Shown piece by piece: positions 1 to 13,225 of a stretch of 64,000 nucleotides of DNA. The stretch's first letter is position 1. Every line of letters begins with the position of its first letter. This DNA comes from Eledone cirrhosa. Lineage: Eukaryota. The notes beneath the pieces were generated by a model, which was given only the letters and a program-made list of their open reading frames with translations, was not told the DNA's origin and made no database searches. The stretch covers positions 38,130,001 to 38,194,000 of the forward strand of contig OZ024741.1 in assembly GCA_964016885.1 (NCBI GenBank), read 5' to 3'. The translations under genes and the position numbers were made by a program.

Positions 1-177
1 GTGTGTGCGTGTGTGTATTGTTTAGGGATTGTAACGTCCAGTTACTGTAGGTTCAGCAAAGTCCGACAAGCTTTTGATTCCAGAGTCGGGCCCGATCGAT
101 GCAGATCGAGCCTTGAACTGATCAATCGCGAAACACGCGTCACACCTCAATAAATATAATGATGATATAACACCTCG

Positions 178-362
178 TTTGGCAGTATTGGTAGAGGGTC
201 GGACGCCATGCTTTGCAGCATAGATTTACGACCCTTTACAGTCTGAGTTCGAATCCTGCCGAGGTTAACTTTGCCTTTCATCCTTACGGGGTCGATAAAA
301 TAAAGTACCAGTAATGCACTGGGGTAATTGCTGGCCTTTTGCCAAAGTAGAAACAATTATTA
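178..362 (+). mobile_element. tRNA-derived SINE, family 1
   Basis: A-box-like TGGCAGTATTGG, B-box GAGTTCGAATCC, central GCCTTTCATCCTTACGGGGTCGATAAAA domain, 3' end GTAGAAACAATTATT; several other copies in the window. Confidence 0.8.
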
Positions 363-399
363 CACACACACACATATATATGTATATATATATATAATG

Positions 400-490
400 G
401 CTTCTGCTTTAGGTACAATGCCAACAATTTTGGGAGAAGGTGAAGTCTATTAAATCGACTCCAGTGCGTTACTGGTACTTTATTTTATCT
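400..490 (-). mobile_element. SINE family 1, 3' fragment
   Basis: CCAGTGCGTTACTGGTACTTTATTTTATC matches the reverse complement of the 178-362 copy. Confidence 0.6.
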
Positions 491-496
491 ATAAAG

Positions 497-714
497 GAAC
501 GATCGACTTTCGTCAAATCGGACCGAGGGAACAATGTTTCCGTTGGTCTTTCCAATTGCTAATACTATCTATCGGTCGCAACTCCAGGTAGAAGGAGCAA
601 CGTGAAATAAAGTGTCTTGCTCAAGGACATAACGCATCGCCTGGTCCAGGAATGGAACTCACAACCTTACTATTGCGAATCCAATTCTCTAACCACTCAG
701 CCACACGCCTTCAC
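497..714 (-). mobile_element. tRNA-derived SINE, family 2
   Basis: Minus strand begins GTGAAGGCGTGTGGCTGAGTGGTTAGAG...GAGTTCCATTCC (A/B boxes), then GTCCTTGAGCAAGACACTTTATTTC; second copy at 6350-6564. Confidence 0.75.
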
Positions 715-740
715 TCATTTTATCTATATCATATATAATT

Positions 741-867
741 GTTTCTACTATTCGCACAAGGCCAGCAATTACCCAGTACATTACTGAACTCAGAATGGCA
801 AGGGCCGTAACTCTATGCGTCAAAGAATGGCGTCCGACCCTCTACCGATACTGCCAATTCACCGCCC
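741..867 (-). mobile_element. SINE family 1, internally deleted, with target-site duplication
   Basis: Homologous to 178-362; TCTATATCATATATAATTGTTTCTA occurs at both 723 and 868. Confidence 0.7.
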
Positions 868-1009
868 TCTATATCATATATAATTGTTTCTATTTTAGAT
901 CATATAAAATGAAATAGAATAACATCTAGAAACAGTCGTATCCAATATAAATGCTTCCATCTTCCAGCGACACACGGCTGTATACATGGCCCCTTATACA
1001 CACACACAT

Positions 1010-1062
<53 letters not shown>

Positions 1063-1068
<6 letters not shown>

Positions 1069-1360
1069 ATATTAATAAATGGAAACTATATTTATAAAAC
1101 CATATTTATTTTATTATATATATTTCAAGGGCAACCAAGGTAAATTATGGTGCGCTTTATAAAACAAATCTGTATTTTATCTGATGAAAGCGCACCATAA
1201 TTTGCCTTGGTTGCCCTTGAAATATGTATAATAAAATAAATATGGTTTTTATAAATTTATTAATATATTGTGTATTTACTCCACTAACATGTTGAGTGCT
1301 TTATATCAGTTATAAAAAATGTTTAAGCTTGTTGAATCCCAACAAATTAAATATAACCTC

Positions 1361-1363
<3 letters not shown>
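1063..1363 (+). mobile_element. Fold-back element with hammerhead motif (Penelope-like pseudo-LTR), family H1
   Basis: Inverted repeat ~1065-1158 / 1188-1270, flanked by (TA)n; homolog at 12832-13228. Confidence 0.65.
1173..1238 (+). ncRNA. Type I hammerhead ribozyme motif
   Basis: TATTTTAT-CTGATGA-stem II-GAAA-TATGTA-TA-ATAAAATA; 8-bp helix I and self-complementary helix III. Confidence 0.7.
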
Positions 1364-1401
<38 letters not shown>

Positions 1402-1470
1402 TATGAAGAGAGAAGAAACATTTAGATATAATTAGTAATAAAATGTATCATACCTAAACTGTTCCTAAAT

Positions 1471-1571
1471 TCCTCGACTACGTAGTTTCGTGGCATAAAC
1501 AAAATCAATATATCAAAGATATAGAGTCCTTGCGAGGTCTGCTTGCGAGGTCTGCCGACTTATCAAGAGGA
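1471..1571 (-). ncRNA. Type I hammerhead ribozyme, U3-A8 variant
   Basis: Minus strand TCCTC-TTGATAA-GTCGGCA...TGCCAC-GAAA-CTACGTAG-TC-GAGGA. Confidence 0.7.
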
Positions 1572-2074
1572 TACCTCATTTTACTAGTCTCAAGAACGCG
1601 TCTACACGACGTGAGAAAGAATCCCAAAAGGCGGAGGGGGAGACAGTCACGCGATATAACGGTCGAGAAACAGAGCTAAGCCTCTTATAACCACGAAGAA
1701 AATACCACGGAGGCGGAGGGGGTATTCATATCGAGGCCGTAGAAGAGGTAGTGAAGAAGGCGAGAAGTATGAGTAATGGAAGCTTTCCAGTTGTCCCCAC
1801 ACTTCAAAGATTGCTCGACCAGAGGGAGTTATTAATATATTTAGAAACACACAGATACATGCGGACACACACATATATACATGAATGCATCCGCACCCAA
1901 CTGTGAGTTAAGGGTGCCAACTTCACCGATGTTGCTCAATGAATGACTGGGACAGACTAATTCAGTTTGAACCAGACTGAACCAGTATCAGAGTTAAAAA
2001 TACATTATGAAGAGAGAAGAAACATTTAGATATAATTAGTAATAAAATGTATCATACCTAAACTGTTCCTAAAT

Positions 2075-2163
2075 TCCTCGACTACGTAGTTTCGTGGCAT
2101 AAACAAAAACAATATATCAAAGATATAGAGTCCTTGCGAAGGCCTGCCGACTTATCAAGAGGA
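2075..2163 (-). ncRNA. Type I hammerhead ribozyme, U3-A8 variant (second unit)
   Basis: Same motif as 1471-1571. Confidence 0.7.
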
Positions 2164-2641
2164 TACCTCATTTTACTAGTCTCAAGAACGCGTCTACACG
2201 ACGTGAGAAAGAATCCCAAAAGGCGGAGGGGAGACAGTCACGCGATATAACGGTCGAGAAACAGAGCTAAGCCTCTTATAACCACGAAGAAAATACCACG
2301 GAGGCGGAGGGGGTATTCATATCGAGGCCGTAGAAGAGGTAGTGAAGAAGGCGAGAAGTATGAGTAATGGAAGCTTTCCAGTTGTCCCCACACTTCAAAG
2401 ATTGCTCGACCAGAGGGAGTTATTAATATATTTAGAAACACACAGATACATGCGGACACACACATATATACATGAATGCATCCGCACCCAACTGTGAGTT
2501 AAGGGTGCCAACTTCACCGATGTTGCTCAATGAATGACTGGGACAGACTAATTCAGTTTGAACCAGACTGAACCAGTATCAGAGTTAAAAATACATTATG
2601 AAGAGAGAAGAAACATTTAGATATAATTAGTAATAAAATGT

Positions 2642-2686
<45 letters not shown>

Positions 2687-2759
2687 CGACTCACTCCGAG
2701 ATGTATAGAGAGAGTCTTAAATAATCGCATATAGGCATCCATACAAATTAACATAAATA

Positions 2760-3215
2760 TACACACACATACAGACACACACACAGAGATATAGAAACAA
2801 GGCAACCACATACAGGCACACTGAAACAGACAGGCACACACATACACACACGCATGCACACACACAGACACACACACACATACACACACATACACAGACA
2901 CACACACATACACACACATACACACAGACACGCACACTCACATACACATGCACACACACACACGCACACACACGCACACACACACATACACACACACACA
3001 TACACACACACACGCACACACACACATACACATATATATATATTTGAAACACAGATATAGAAACAAAGGCTACCTCATACAAGCACAGTGAAACACACAC
3101 TCACACGCACACACACTCACACACAGACACACACACAGACACACTCACACGCATATATATTTCAACCACACACAGATACAGAATTACTTATACAAGCACA
3201 CACATATATACACGC
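2760..3215. repeat. Degenerate (CA)n microsatellite field
   Basis: Visible CA/TACA/CAGA runs. Confidence 0.9.
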
Positions 3216-3553
3216 AAGATTGTACACATGGCGACGTGTAAAATAATGGGATATCATTTGTAGAAAATTTGAAAATAATTCAAGGAGAAAATATAAGAAA
3301 TGAAATGTGAGGTGTTGAGTGTGGACTGAGGGGGGGGGGGGATAGGGAAGTGGCATAGTTTGGCAGATAGGGGTATATACATATATACATACACACATAC
3401 ACACACACACATATATAAATATATATATATATAGAAAGAGAGAGAGAGAGGGGGAGAGAGAGAAAGAGAGAGGTGGGAATAGCTAGAGAAAAAGAGAGAA
3501 AAAGAGGAAACAAGAGAGTAAAGAAAATTATATGCCCACAAATACATATAAAG

Positions 3554-3555
<2 letters not shown>

Positions 3556-3620
<65 letters not shown>
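3556..3620. repeat. (CT)n microsatellite
   Basis: Perfect CT run. Confidence 0.95.
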
Positions 3621-3625
<5 letters not shown>

Positions 3626-3942
3626 AAGTCAAAGATGGCCTATGTTGGCTGAGACAATAATAATATAATTCAAAATCTGAGCACACGCTTCATGGAACAA
3701 CGAAAAAAAAACACATCAGCTAACTACTGGGGATAACGACGATTCAGTACTTTAAAGTGATTATCATTCCTCCAGCAAACACGGAATTGCAATGTGACAA
3801 AACAAGACGACGATATGCAGTAAAATATATCACTCAGAGTCTTTTCGATCAAATTCACATACAAATGGTAAACACGTATGTATGACCCAGGTGTGAGTAC
3901 GTATAATATAATATAATATGATATGATATATTATGATAAAAT

Positions 3943-4507
3943 ATTTCTACTTTTGGCACAAGGCAAGCAATTACCCTAGTGCATTACTGGTGCTCTATTT
4001 TATCGACCCCGTAAGGATGAAGGCAAAGTTAACCTCAGCGGATTTAAAGGGCCATAACTCTATGCTGCAAAGCATGGTGTCTGATGCTCTACTGGTGGCA
4101 CAAGGTTAGCAATTTGAAGATGGGGGGGGGGGGGATCGATTAAATCGACCCCAGTGCATTACTGGTGCTTTATTTTATTCGACCCCGTATGGATGAAAGG
4201 CAAAGATAACCTTGGCGATGATTTGAACTCAGACTGTAATAGGCCGTAACTCTATGGCGATAAGCCTGTTGTCCGACGCTCTACTGATTCTGCCAATCCA
4301 CCGCCCTTATGATAATAATAATAATAAGGATTTCTACTATCGGCACAAGGCCAGCAATTTCAATAATAATAATAATGCTTTCATGATTTTGATAATAATA
4401 ATTGTTTCTATTTTGGGCACAAGTCCAGCAATTACCCCAGTGCATTACTGGTACTTTATTTTATCGACCCCGGAAGGATGAAAGGCAAAGTTAACTTCGG
4501 CGAGATT
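3943..4507 (-). mobile_element. Cluster of about 4 SINE family 1 copies or fragments separated by (TAA)n
   Basis: Repeated GGCACAAGG..CAGCAATT / ATCGACCCCG.AGGATGAAAGGCAAAG blocks, mostly preceded on + by TAATAA runs. Confidence 0.75.
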
Positions 4508-4517
4508 AACTTTTGCT

Positions 4518-5095
4518 TTTATAATAATATATTTTATAATAATATATTTTATAATAATATATTTTATAATAATATATTTTATAATAATATATTTTATAAT
4601 AATATATTTTATAATAATATATTTTATAATAATATATTTTATAATAATATATTTTATAATAATATATTTTATAATAATATATTATTATAAAATATATTAT
4701 TATAAAATATATTTTATAATAATATATTTTATGATAATATATTTTATAATAATATATTTTATAATAATATATTTTATAATAATATATTTTATAATAATAT
4801 ATTTTATAATAATATATTTTATGATAATATATTTTATAATAATATATTTTATAATAATATATTTTATAATAATATATTTTATAATAATATATTTTATAAT
4901 AATATATTTTATAATAATATATTTTATAATAATATATTTTATAATAATATATTTTATAATAATATATTTTATGATAATATATTTTATAATAATATATTTT
5001 ATAATAATATATTTTATGATAATATATTTTATAATAATATATTTTATAATAATATATTTTATAATATATAATAATATATTTTATAATAATATATT
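4518..5095. repeat. 15-bp AT-rich minisatellite (ATAATAATATATTTT)n
   Basis: About 38 near-perfect units, with a short inverted patch at ~4676-4710. Confidence 0.95.
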
Positions 5096-5318
5096 AATGA
5101 AGGAACTGACGAAACTTAGAGAAGTTACAAGCTGAACCACCCGAGCTTAGGGTCAAACTTCTACCTCATTAGTATACAACTCTGTAGCTTATCATCCATC
5201 GAAGACGACCCTGAGTTGTGCTATTCTAGGTCTATATATAGAAGGTGAGTAATATTGTAAAACAATAAAACTATGCATATATCAGATATGTAGCACTCGA
5301 CAGTTGGTAGAACTGGAG

Positions 5319-5639
5319 TATATATAATAAAGATGAAATATAGTTATAATAGTTCCATACATTTTATTATACGTATTTCAAATACAAAATCATCCTGCGA
5401 CAGACGTTGTGTTCTCTTCAGATAAAAAATAAGGTACAATGATATGAGATATAATAGCACTTGTTTGTAGGATATATGTAGACTTAGCACTATCCTATAA
5501 ACAAGTGCTATTATGACTCATATCATTGTACCTTATTTTTTATCTGAAGAGAACACAACATCTGTCGCAGGATGATTTTGTATTCGAAATATGTATAATA
5601 AAATATATGGAACTATTATAACCATCTATATTTCATCTT

Positions 5640-5648
<9 letters not shown>
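5319..5648. mobile_element. Fold-back element with a hammerhead motif in each arm
   Basis: ~155-bp inverted arms; + arm TTTTAT-CTGAAGA...GAAA-TATGTA-TA-ATAAAA (5538-5603); - arm has the same motif with TACGTA. Confidence 0.7.
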
Positions 5649-5705
<57 letters not shown>

Positions 5706-5709
<4 letters not shown>

Positions 5710-5810
5710 CAATATAAAAAAAGAAGAACCATTAGACATAAATACAAAAATATAAATACCCAATATTCCTCTACGTTCTCGACTGCGCAGTTTCCTGGCT
5801 ACTTTGCAAA
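5706..5810 (-). mobile_element. Diverged relative of the 1397-2646 repeat unit (HHR 3' half)
   Basis: TACAATATAAAAAAAGAAGAACCATTAGAC... and CTCGACTGCGCAGTTTC parallel TACATTATGAAGAGAGAAGAAACATTTAGAT and CTCGACTACGTAGTTTC. Confidence 0.55.
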
Positions 5811-5934
5811 AGCACTACATCATAGAGATGCAGTATTTCTGTGAGGTTTACCAGCTTGGCAGCACACAGATTCAGGGATATATGTGCGTATATGCCTGTA
5901 TATGTATGTATTCGCATGTATCTGTGTATTTCTT

Positions 5935-5998
<64 letters not shown>

Positions 5999-6147
5999 CA
6001 GTAATAAACGAAGCTAAATTTTAAACATTTGACTTATTTATTTTACTTTATTTTACATTACTCCGGAGTAACCAAACCAACCTGCGCACTTCGTCGAGTG
6101 TTCCAGCCTGCATACTGAGGTGTTGGTATACAACCAACATATACTCA

Positions 6148-6232
<85 letters not shown>

Positions 6233-6349
6233 AATAGAATGAAACGAAATTTCATTTCTCACTCTTAGTACGGCACTTACTACATACATACTTACATTTA
6301 TATATATATATATATATACACATATATATGCATATGTATTTTTTTAAAG

Positions 6350-6980
<631 letters not shown>

Positions 6981-6988
6981 CATATATT

Positions 6989-7046
<58 letters not shown>

Positions 7047-7229
7047 CACACAAGTGTGTTATGGTGTTATTAAGTGAAATATGTCCTTGATCAATAATAA
7101 CCAAAACCTATGAAAACTACACAAGGTATATATTTATATATATAGATGTGTGTGTGTGTGCGTGCGTGTGTGTGCGTGGGTGTGTGCATGCGTGTGTGCA
7201 TGAATCAGGATAGAACCAGTTTGGAACTA

Positions 7230-7386
7230 GTTAGACCATTAATCAACAGAGTACTCGATATTTGGGGTAGTGAAGTATGGGTACATCATAAAGAATCGGG
7301 ACCCGACGACTGAGTTCTTGCTGCTCCAAGTCAGGAACTCGCTGTTAAAACGGTAAGAGCTCGACAGTCGGGTCCCGACTCTTTAT
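7230..7386. mobile_element. Short fold-back element related to 13495-13681
   Basis: AGAGTACTCGATATTTGGGGTAGT shared with ~13536; inverted repeat ATAAAGAATCGGGACCCGAC / GTCGGGTCCCGACTCTTTAT. Confidence 0.5.
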
Positions 7387-7451
7387 AAATATATATTTAT
7401 ATCGGAGGTTGGGGTTTCTGTCAATATATTTCCTCAACTTTGCCCAAATTA

Positions 7452-7641
7452 TAATTGTTTCTACTTTTGGCATAAGGCCAGCAATTAACCAGTGTATTAC
7501 TGGTACTTTATTTTATCGACCCCGTAAGGATGAAAGGCAAAGTTAACCCCGGCGGGATTTTAACTCAGGCCATAATGGGCCGTAACTCTTTGCTGCAAAG
7601 CATGGCGTCCGACCCTCTGCCGATACTGCCAATCCACCGCC
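7452..7641 (-). mobile_element. Full-length SINE family 1 with ~21-bp target-site duplication
   Basis: CAACTTTGCCCAAATTATAAT at 7435-7455 and 7642-7662. Confidence 0.85.
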
Positions 7642-9218
7642 CAACTTTGCCCAAATTATAATGGCATCAAGTTTGAAAATCCGTCATGGATTTATTTCTG
7701 TCATTCATTCTCTGTGTGTCAGAGACCACCCCCACCGCAAATGTTTACATTTTACTGGATTTTTGATTAGAACATTCCACCACTACTCTTTCATATTATG
7801 TATGTATATGTCCTCACATCACAGTAGCTTTTTATATTTTTTATTCTCGGGATTATTCTGTCTATAGATTGCATTGTATAGTGTTTTGGTTACTACATCA
7901 TACCTTACAGGTAAATAGTATCGTGATGACATCTTTGGAGAGCTGTTTGCGGTGTGGTTGACATCTTTACTGTTTATTCCACTGAGTCAGTTTCTGTCGT
8001 CACATTTAGGTGTTTTGTCTGCATTCCTATCTCTTTTGTGCATCAGGTGTTTCGTTTTTATTTCTCAAATAACCTCTTCTCAACTCTTATGATGTTATCT
8101 GTCACAGAGTGACTTGTTCTATGGACAAGCTTCTACGCTTGACCGTTCCTAGATGTCAGATGCTGCACTCAAATACTGTTCACGTTTTACGTAGAGATGA
8201 TAGTTGTTTTACATGATATCAAATTTGTCGCCAACATGGCTGTTTCAAGAGACTGTCTGTTTATTGCTGTTTTTTGTTGTTGATAGGACCGACTGCAAGA
8301 AAACGTAGTAAGGCAGCAGTCTATTGTGATACGTGTAGGATCTAGGGGAATGCTCATTTATTATTTGTAGAAGTTTTACACTTCCATTATTGTTTTGAAT
8401 AATGTTTATGTTATTTTCTACGTCCGACAAACGTTGCTTGTTGGCGTAATTGTTTAGCTGTAAAATAATTTAGCTCTGGGTGAAGTTCCACCCTGTGTAG
8501 CTACATTTTGTTCATTTAGGTAAGAGGGATTTTTCTTTGCTATTTCATAACAATTAAATAGGTCCTTATTGAGTTCGTACCTCGAAGAAAAATGAGATTT
8601 ATAGTTTCGTTTCCTTCTGCAACTACAACTACAAAGACTCTTTTTTCATTTCTCGTTGTTTTTCTTTGATTCTTCGTTAGTGTTGTTGATAGTGATATTG
8701 TCGATAGTGATATGATTTCCATCATCAGAGGAATAACCAGTTATATAACAAGGCTGGTAGTTGTGGCATTACTGTTGGAGATAGTTTGCATCTTAAATTT
8801 AATGAATAGTCTCCTCTGCCGTATGTATGTACGTTCGAATGTTTGTATGCATATATATATATATATATATATAGGAAGAGAGAGAGGAAGAGAGAGAGAG
8901 GAAAGTGAGAGAGAGAGGGGGAAGTGTGTGAGAGAGAAAAAGAAAGAGAGTTAGTTGAGGGGGAGAGAGAAAAAGAGAGCATGTGTGGGAGTGGGGGATG
9001 GATAAAGAGAGGGTATGTGTGTGTGTGTGAGAGAGAGGGAGAGATGGATAGGAATGACAGTGTGGAATAAAGGGAGACAAATGAAATAGCTATTGAGTTA
9101 GAAAAGCAATGAGCCATTGCAGAAGCTGTTCAGTGTTGCGTGTCGGGATACATGGCGTGGCAAACTTAGAATTCGTTTTAACGAAATAAATAAATATATA
9201 AACATAAATGAAATCAAC

Positions 9219-9234
9219 AGTAGTAGTAGTAGTG

Positions 9235-9277
<43 letters not shown>

Positions 9278-9278
9278 C

Positions 9279-9312
<34 letters not shown>

Positions 9313-9403
9313 ACAGCAACAGCAGTAGTAGTAGTGGTAGTAGTAGTTCTAGTGGTTGTAGTAGTAGCAGTAGTAGTAGCAGTAGCAGCAGCAGAGCAGC
9401 AGC

Positions 9404-9453
<50 letters not shown>

Positions 9454-9547
9454 CAGGAGCAGCAGTAGTAGTGGTAGTAGTAGTTCTAGTGGTTGTAGTA
9501 GTAGCAGTAGTAGTAGTAGCAGCAGCAGCAACAGCAGCAACAGCAGC

Positions 9548-9596
<49 letters not shown>

Positions 9597-9650
9597 GTAG
9601 TAGTAGTAGCAGCTGCAGCAGCAGCAGTAGCAGCAGATGCAGCAGCGACA
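9219..9650. repeat. (AGT)n/(AGC)n microsatellite
   Basis: Trinucleotide runs. Confidence 0.95.
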
Positions 9651-9818
9651 AGCAAGAATAACAAAATAAAGAGTAAATAGAGTTTGAGGCAAAAATGCGA
9701 TGTTTTATTTGAACGGCTGAGTAAAGAAGGTAGTCTTGGAGTTATGCTGGAATGAACATGTTGGACGGTGGTAAGGACAACATGGCGGCTATGTATTGGA
9801 GGAGATGGTTAGAGTGAT

Positions 9819-10290
9819 TGGTGGCGGTGGTGGTGGGGGTAGTGGTAGTGGTGGTGGTGGGGGTAGTGGTGGTGGTGGTGGTGATGGTGGTGGTGGTGGT
9901 GGTGGTGGTGTGGGGGGGGGGGGTAGTGGGGGTGCTGCTGCTGGTGGTGGTGGTGGTGGTGATGGTGGTGGTGATGGTGGTGGTGCTGGTGGTGGTGTGG
10001 GGGTGTTGTTGGTGGTGGTGATGGTGGTGGTGATGGCGGTGGTGGTGGTGGTGGTGGTGGTGGTGGTGGTGGTGGTGGTGATGATGGTGGTTGTGATGGT
10101 GGTGGTGATGGTGATGGTGATGGTGGTGGTGGAGTTGGTGGTGGTAGTGATGACAATAGTTGTTGATGGCAGTGTTTGATAGCAGTCATTGTTGAAGTAG
10201 TGTGGATTGGGTAGTGGTGGTTCTGGTGATGATGGCGTTGTCGTCCATGATGGAAATGCATTGGTGGTGGTGGTGGTAGGGGTGGGGGTT
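9819..10290. repeat. (GGT)n-rich simple repeat
   Basis: GGT/GAT runs. Confidence 0.9.
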
Positions 10291-11328
10291 ATTGAAGTGG
10301 TAGCTCAGATAGTTTTGATGGTGTCGTCCATGATGGCGATGTATTGGTAGTGGATTTAAAGTGGTTTGGCTGAGGCGAGGGGTCAGGTAGTGGTGGTGGT
10401 GGTGTTGGTGATAAAGGCAATGTACTGGTCTTGGTTATATAGATGGTTATATAGAAGATGGCTGCTGAAATGGTGTGACTGAGAGAAAGGCTGTGTTGAC
10501 ATTCGTGATCTTGGTTGATATAGAGGTTTATGGAGAAGACTATAAATAGTTGTATTGACGCCAATGCTGGTCGTTGTTTCAATGTTTTTTGTTGTAACAA
10601 TGTATCCGGATGTTGACGTATGGCAGTGTAGTAACTCTGGTGGTGTTGGTAGTTGCGGTTCTACAATTAATGTTGGTGTTGGTTGTTGTTATTTCGGCAG
10701 GTCTTCGCTGGAAGGCCCCTAGTCTTATATCACCTGATGGTAGTTTGGTTGGGGATTTTAAACTTTATCAGTGACCCGGTTGTAGATATTACGACGAAAT
10801 TATTGACCCAAAAATAAATGATGAATATAAAATATGTTAACAGTTTTTGTGTAATTTTAAATGGCTGAAATGACTCATCCACGCTGCAATTTCCTTAGTC
10901 TCAACACACAGTCACAGATCAAATCTATTGCCAGACATTGACAGCACGGAATTTCCCAGAGAATCAGCCAGGCTACCAAAGCACTCAGAGATACTATTAT
11001 TAACAATGTTTTAATTTAAACATTGCACATACCACTGGTAAATGAAATAATTATCTTATGCTGTTTATTAAATAACTATATATATATATATAAAATTGAG
11101 GTAAGCGGAGCAAGCAAGATTCAAACAATTTTTTAAAATAAATTTAAAAATATAATTTAAATATTTACCTATTCCAATTGCTTTTACCGAACGGTTTCAC
11201 TTCACAAAAGATTGGAGATGCCTAGGGATCTCCAATAGAAAAGTTTAGATCAACAGAAAGCATTTTCCTTTCCTAGGACAAAAAGTCCCGGAAACGGCAA
11301 AATATATTGCCATCTGCCAGCTAGCACA

Positions 11329-11362
<34 letters not shown>

Positions 11363-11369
<7 letters not shown>

Positions 11370-11625
11370 TGTAATAAACAGCATAAGATAATTATTTCAT
11401 TTACCAGTGGTTTCTTGAAAGCAAACAAAATTTGCTTTCAGTCATCAGAATGAAAAATTCCTGGTGTTTTTTCATTCTGATGACTGAAAGCAAATTTTTT
11501 TTGCTTTCAAGAAACCACTGGTAAAAATGAAATAATTATCTTATGTTGTTTATTACATAACTAATAAGCTCTGTAACCTACATAGAGCACTCTTTTTTCC
11601 TGGACCTTTCCGACGGAATTACTTC

Positions 11626-11630
<5 letters not shown>
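11363..11630. mobile_element. Fold-back hammerhead element, family H2 (second copy)
   Basis: HHR core on - (11395-11455) and on + (11470-11532); a further fragment at 11031-11080. Confidence 0.75.
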
Positions 11631-11671
<41 letters not shown>

Positions 11672-12470
11672 TTATATATATATATATATATATATATGAA
11701 AACAGGGAGAAAGAGAGGATTATGAGGAAGAAAAATATATTTTTTTCCTTTTTTGTTTCTCTCTCTCTTTTTTCTGGGTTTTATTATTATATATATATAT
11801 ATATAAAATTACAAGAAACGAAGCGTGCTGTGTGGTTACTGTAAACAAAGTTTAAGATGGTAATATGGACGAAACAAGAGAAGAAGCCTTTCATCAGGTG
11901 TTAACTGCAGATCATAGATGTTTCGGCGCTTAAAACGGGACTTCGAAAACGATCAGCAGCGCGCCCAAGGCCTTTTATCGATCAAAAGGGCATGAGGGAA
12001 AGAAAAGAAAAAATAGTGAGGAGAGAGGAAGAGAGAGGAAAAAACGAAGTATATATATATATTATATATATATATAGGGAGTGTAACTTGGCGTTACTGC
12101 AGGTTCACCCGGATGAGCACTCGATGTTTAGGTTCACGTCTGCGTTGAGGTGTAGAGTCATGTAAGAACGATACACCTCGAACCTTGCGCTGATCAGTGG
12201 CGAAACGCGAGTCATCTACCAATAAATGTAATGAAGGAGTAACCAATCGTCCTTGTTATCCTTTCAATATATATATATATACACAATTAAATTAAGGGTG
12301 TCATGTCCGAGGGACATGCGCATTTTAAAAGGTATCTCTATTTAAAGTTCTAGTTAAATTTAATTAATTACCTACCTAGCTGTTTGTGCTTACACACCTT
12401 TACAAATTATTCCCTGTAATTGTTTCATATGTTTATTTTAGATATATATGTATGTCAATCATTTTCTAGT

Positions 12471-12556
<86 letters not shown>

Positions 12557-12611
12557 TAATAAAAACAATGAAATAAAAACAAAGAACAGGTTCCTTATAT
12601 TGAAAAAAATT

Positions 12612-12746
12612 ATCATTTTACGGTCGTTTCTGGGATATATATGTGTGTTGGTATGTATATCATATTAAAGATCTATGTAAAATAATTACAAATTATCAGA
12701 GGAGATATACATACCTTCACCTATACATGCCATCTTCAGAAATGAT
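12612..12746 (-). ncRNA. Type I hammerhead ribozyme motif with long helix II insert
   Basis: Minus strand ATCATTT-CTGAAGA-TGGCATGTATA...TATATATCCCA-GAAA-CGACCG-TA-AAATGAT. Confidence 0.7.
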
Positions 12747-12831
12747 GGCATGTTTTGGATTACATTGAGTTCTTCATATGGATTGGACACTACCGTTTAT
12801 TTTGGTAGATCTATCTACATATATATATATA

Positions 12832-13225
12832 TACAATATATTAACAAATGGAAACTATATTTATAAAACCATATTTATTTCATTATACATACTTCAAGGG
12901 CCACCAACGCAAACTATGGTGCGCTTTCATCAGATAAAATATAATATAGGTTAGTTTTATAAATAAATATTGACATACCCTTAAAAACTCCAACCAGAAT
13001 GGTTGCATTTTTTAAGGGTATGTCAATATTTATTTATAAAACTAACCTATATTATATTTTATCTGATGAAAGCGCACCATAGTTTTCTTTGGTGGCCCTT
13101 GAAATATGTATAATGAAATAAATATTTGTTAATATATTATATTTACTCCAATAATTTGTTGAGTGCTTTATATCAGTTATAAAAATATTTAGCTTGTTGT
13201 ATCCCAACAAATTAAATATAACCTC

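Larger units (their letters stand above)
1397..2646 (-). repeat. Tandem repeat of ~600-bp unit (604 + 591 + ~55 bp) carrying hammerhead motifs; retrozyme-like or Penelope-like
   Basis: TACATTATGAAGAGAG starts at 1397, 2001 and 2592; (TA)n on both sides. Confidence 0.85.

Noticed and set aside
1647-2465. Identical 75-aa ORF present twice
   Set aside because: A consequence of the tandem repeat; starts in a CA-rich tract and has no recognisable motif.
4518-5095. Regular repeat that could be mistaken for a CRISPR array
   Set aside because: No unique spacers, eukaryotic context and no cas genes.
5098-5318. Possible solo LTR (TG...CA, TATA, AATAAA, following TGGTAG)
   Set aside because: Single copy, no TSD, no convincing PBS and no internal sequence.
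7900-8800. Higher-complexity stretch that could be a host exon on the minus strand
   Set aside because: Only short ORFs with stops; no recognisable domain or supported splice structure.
11180-11261. HHR-like motif on - (GCTTT-CTGTTGA...GAAA-CCGTTCGG-TA-AAAGC)
   Set aside because: Core A6 is mutated and the base of helix II does not pair; at best a decayed relic.
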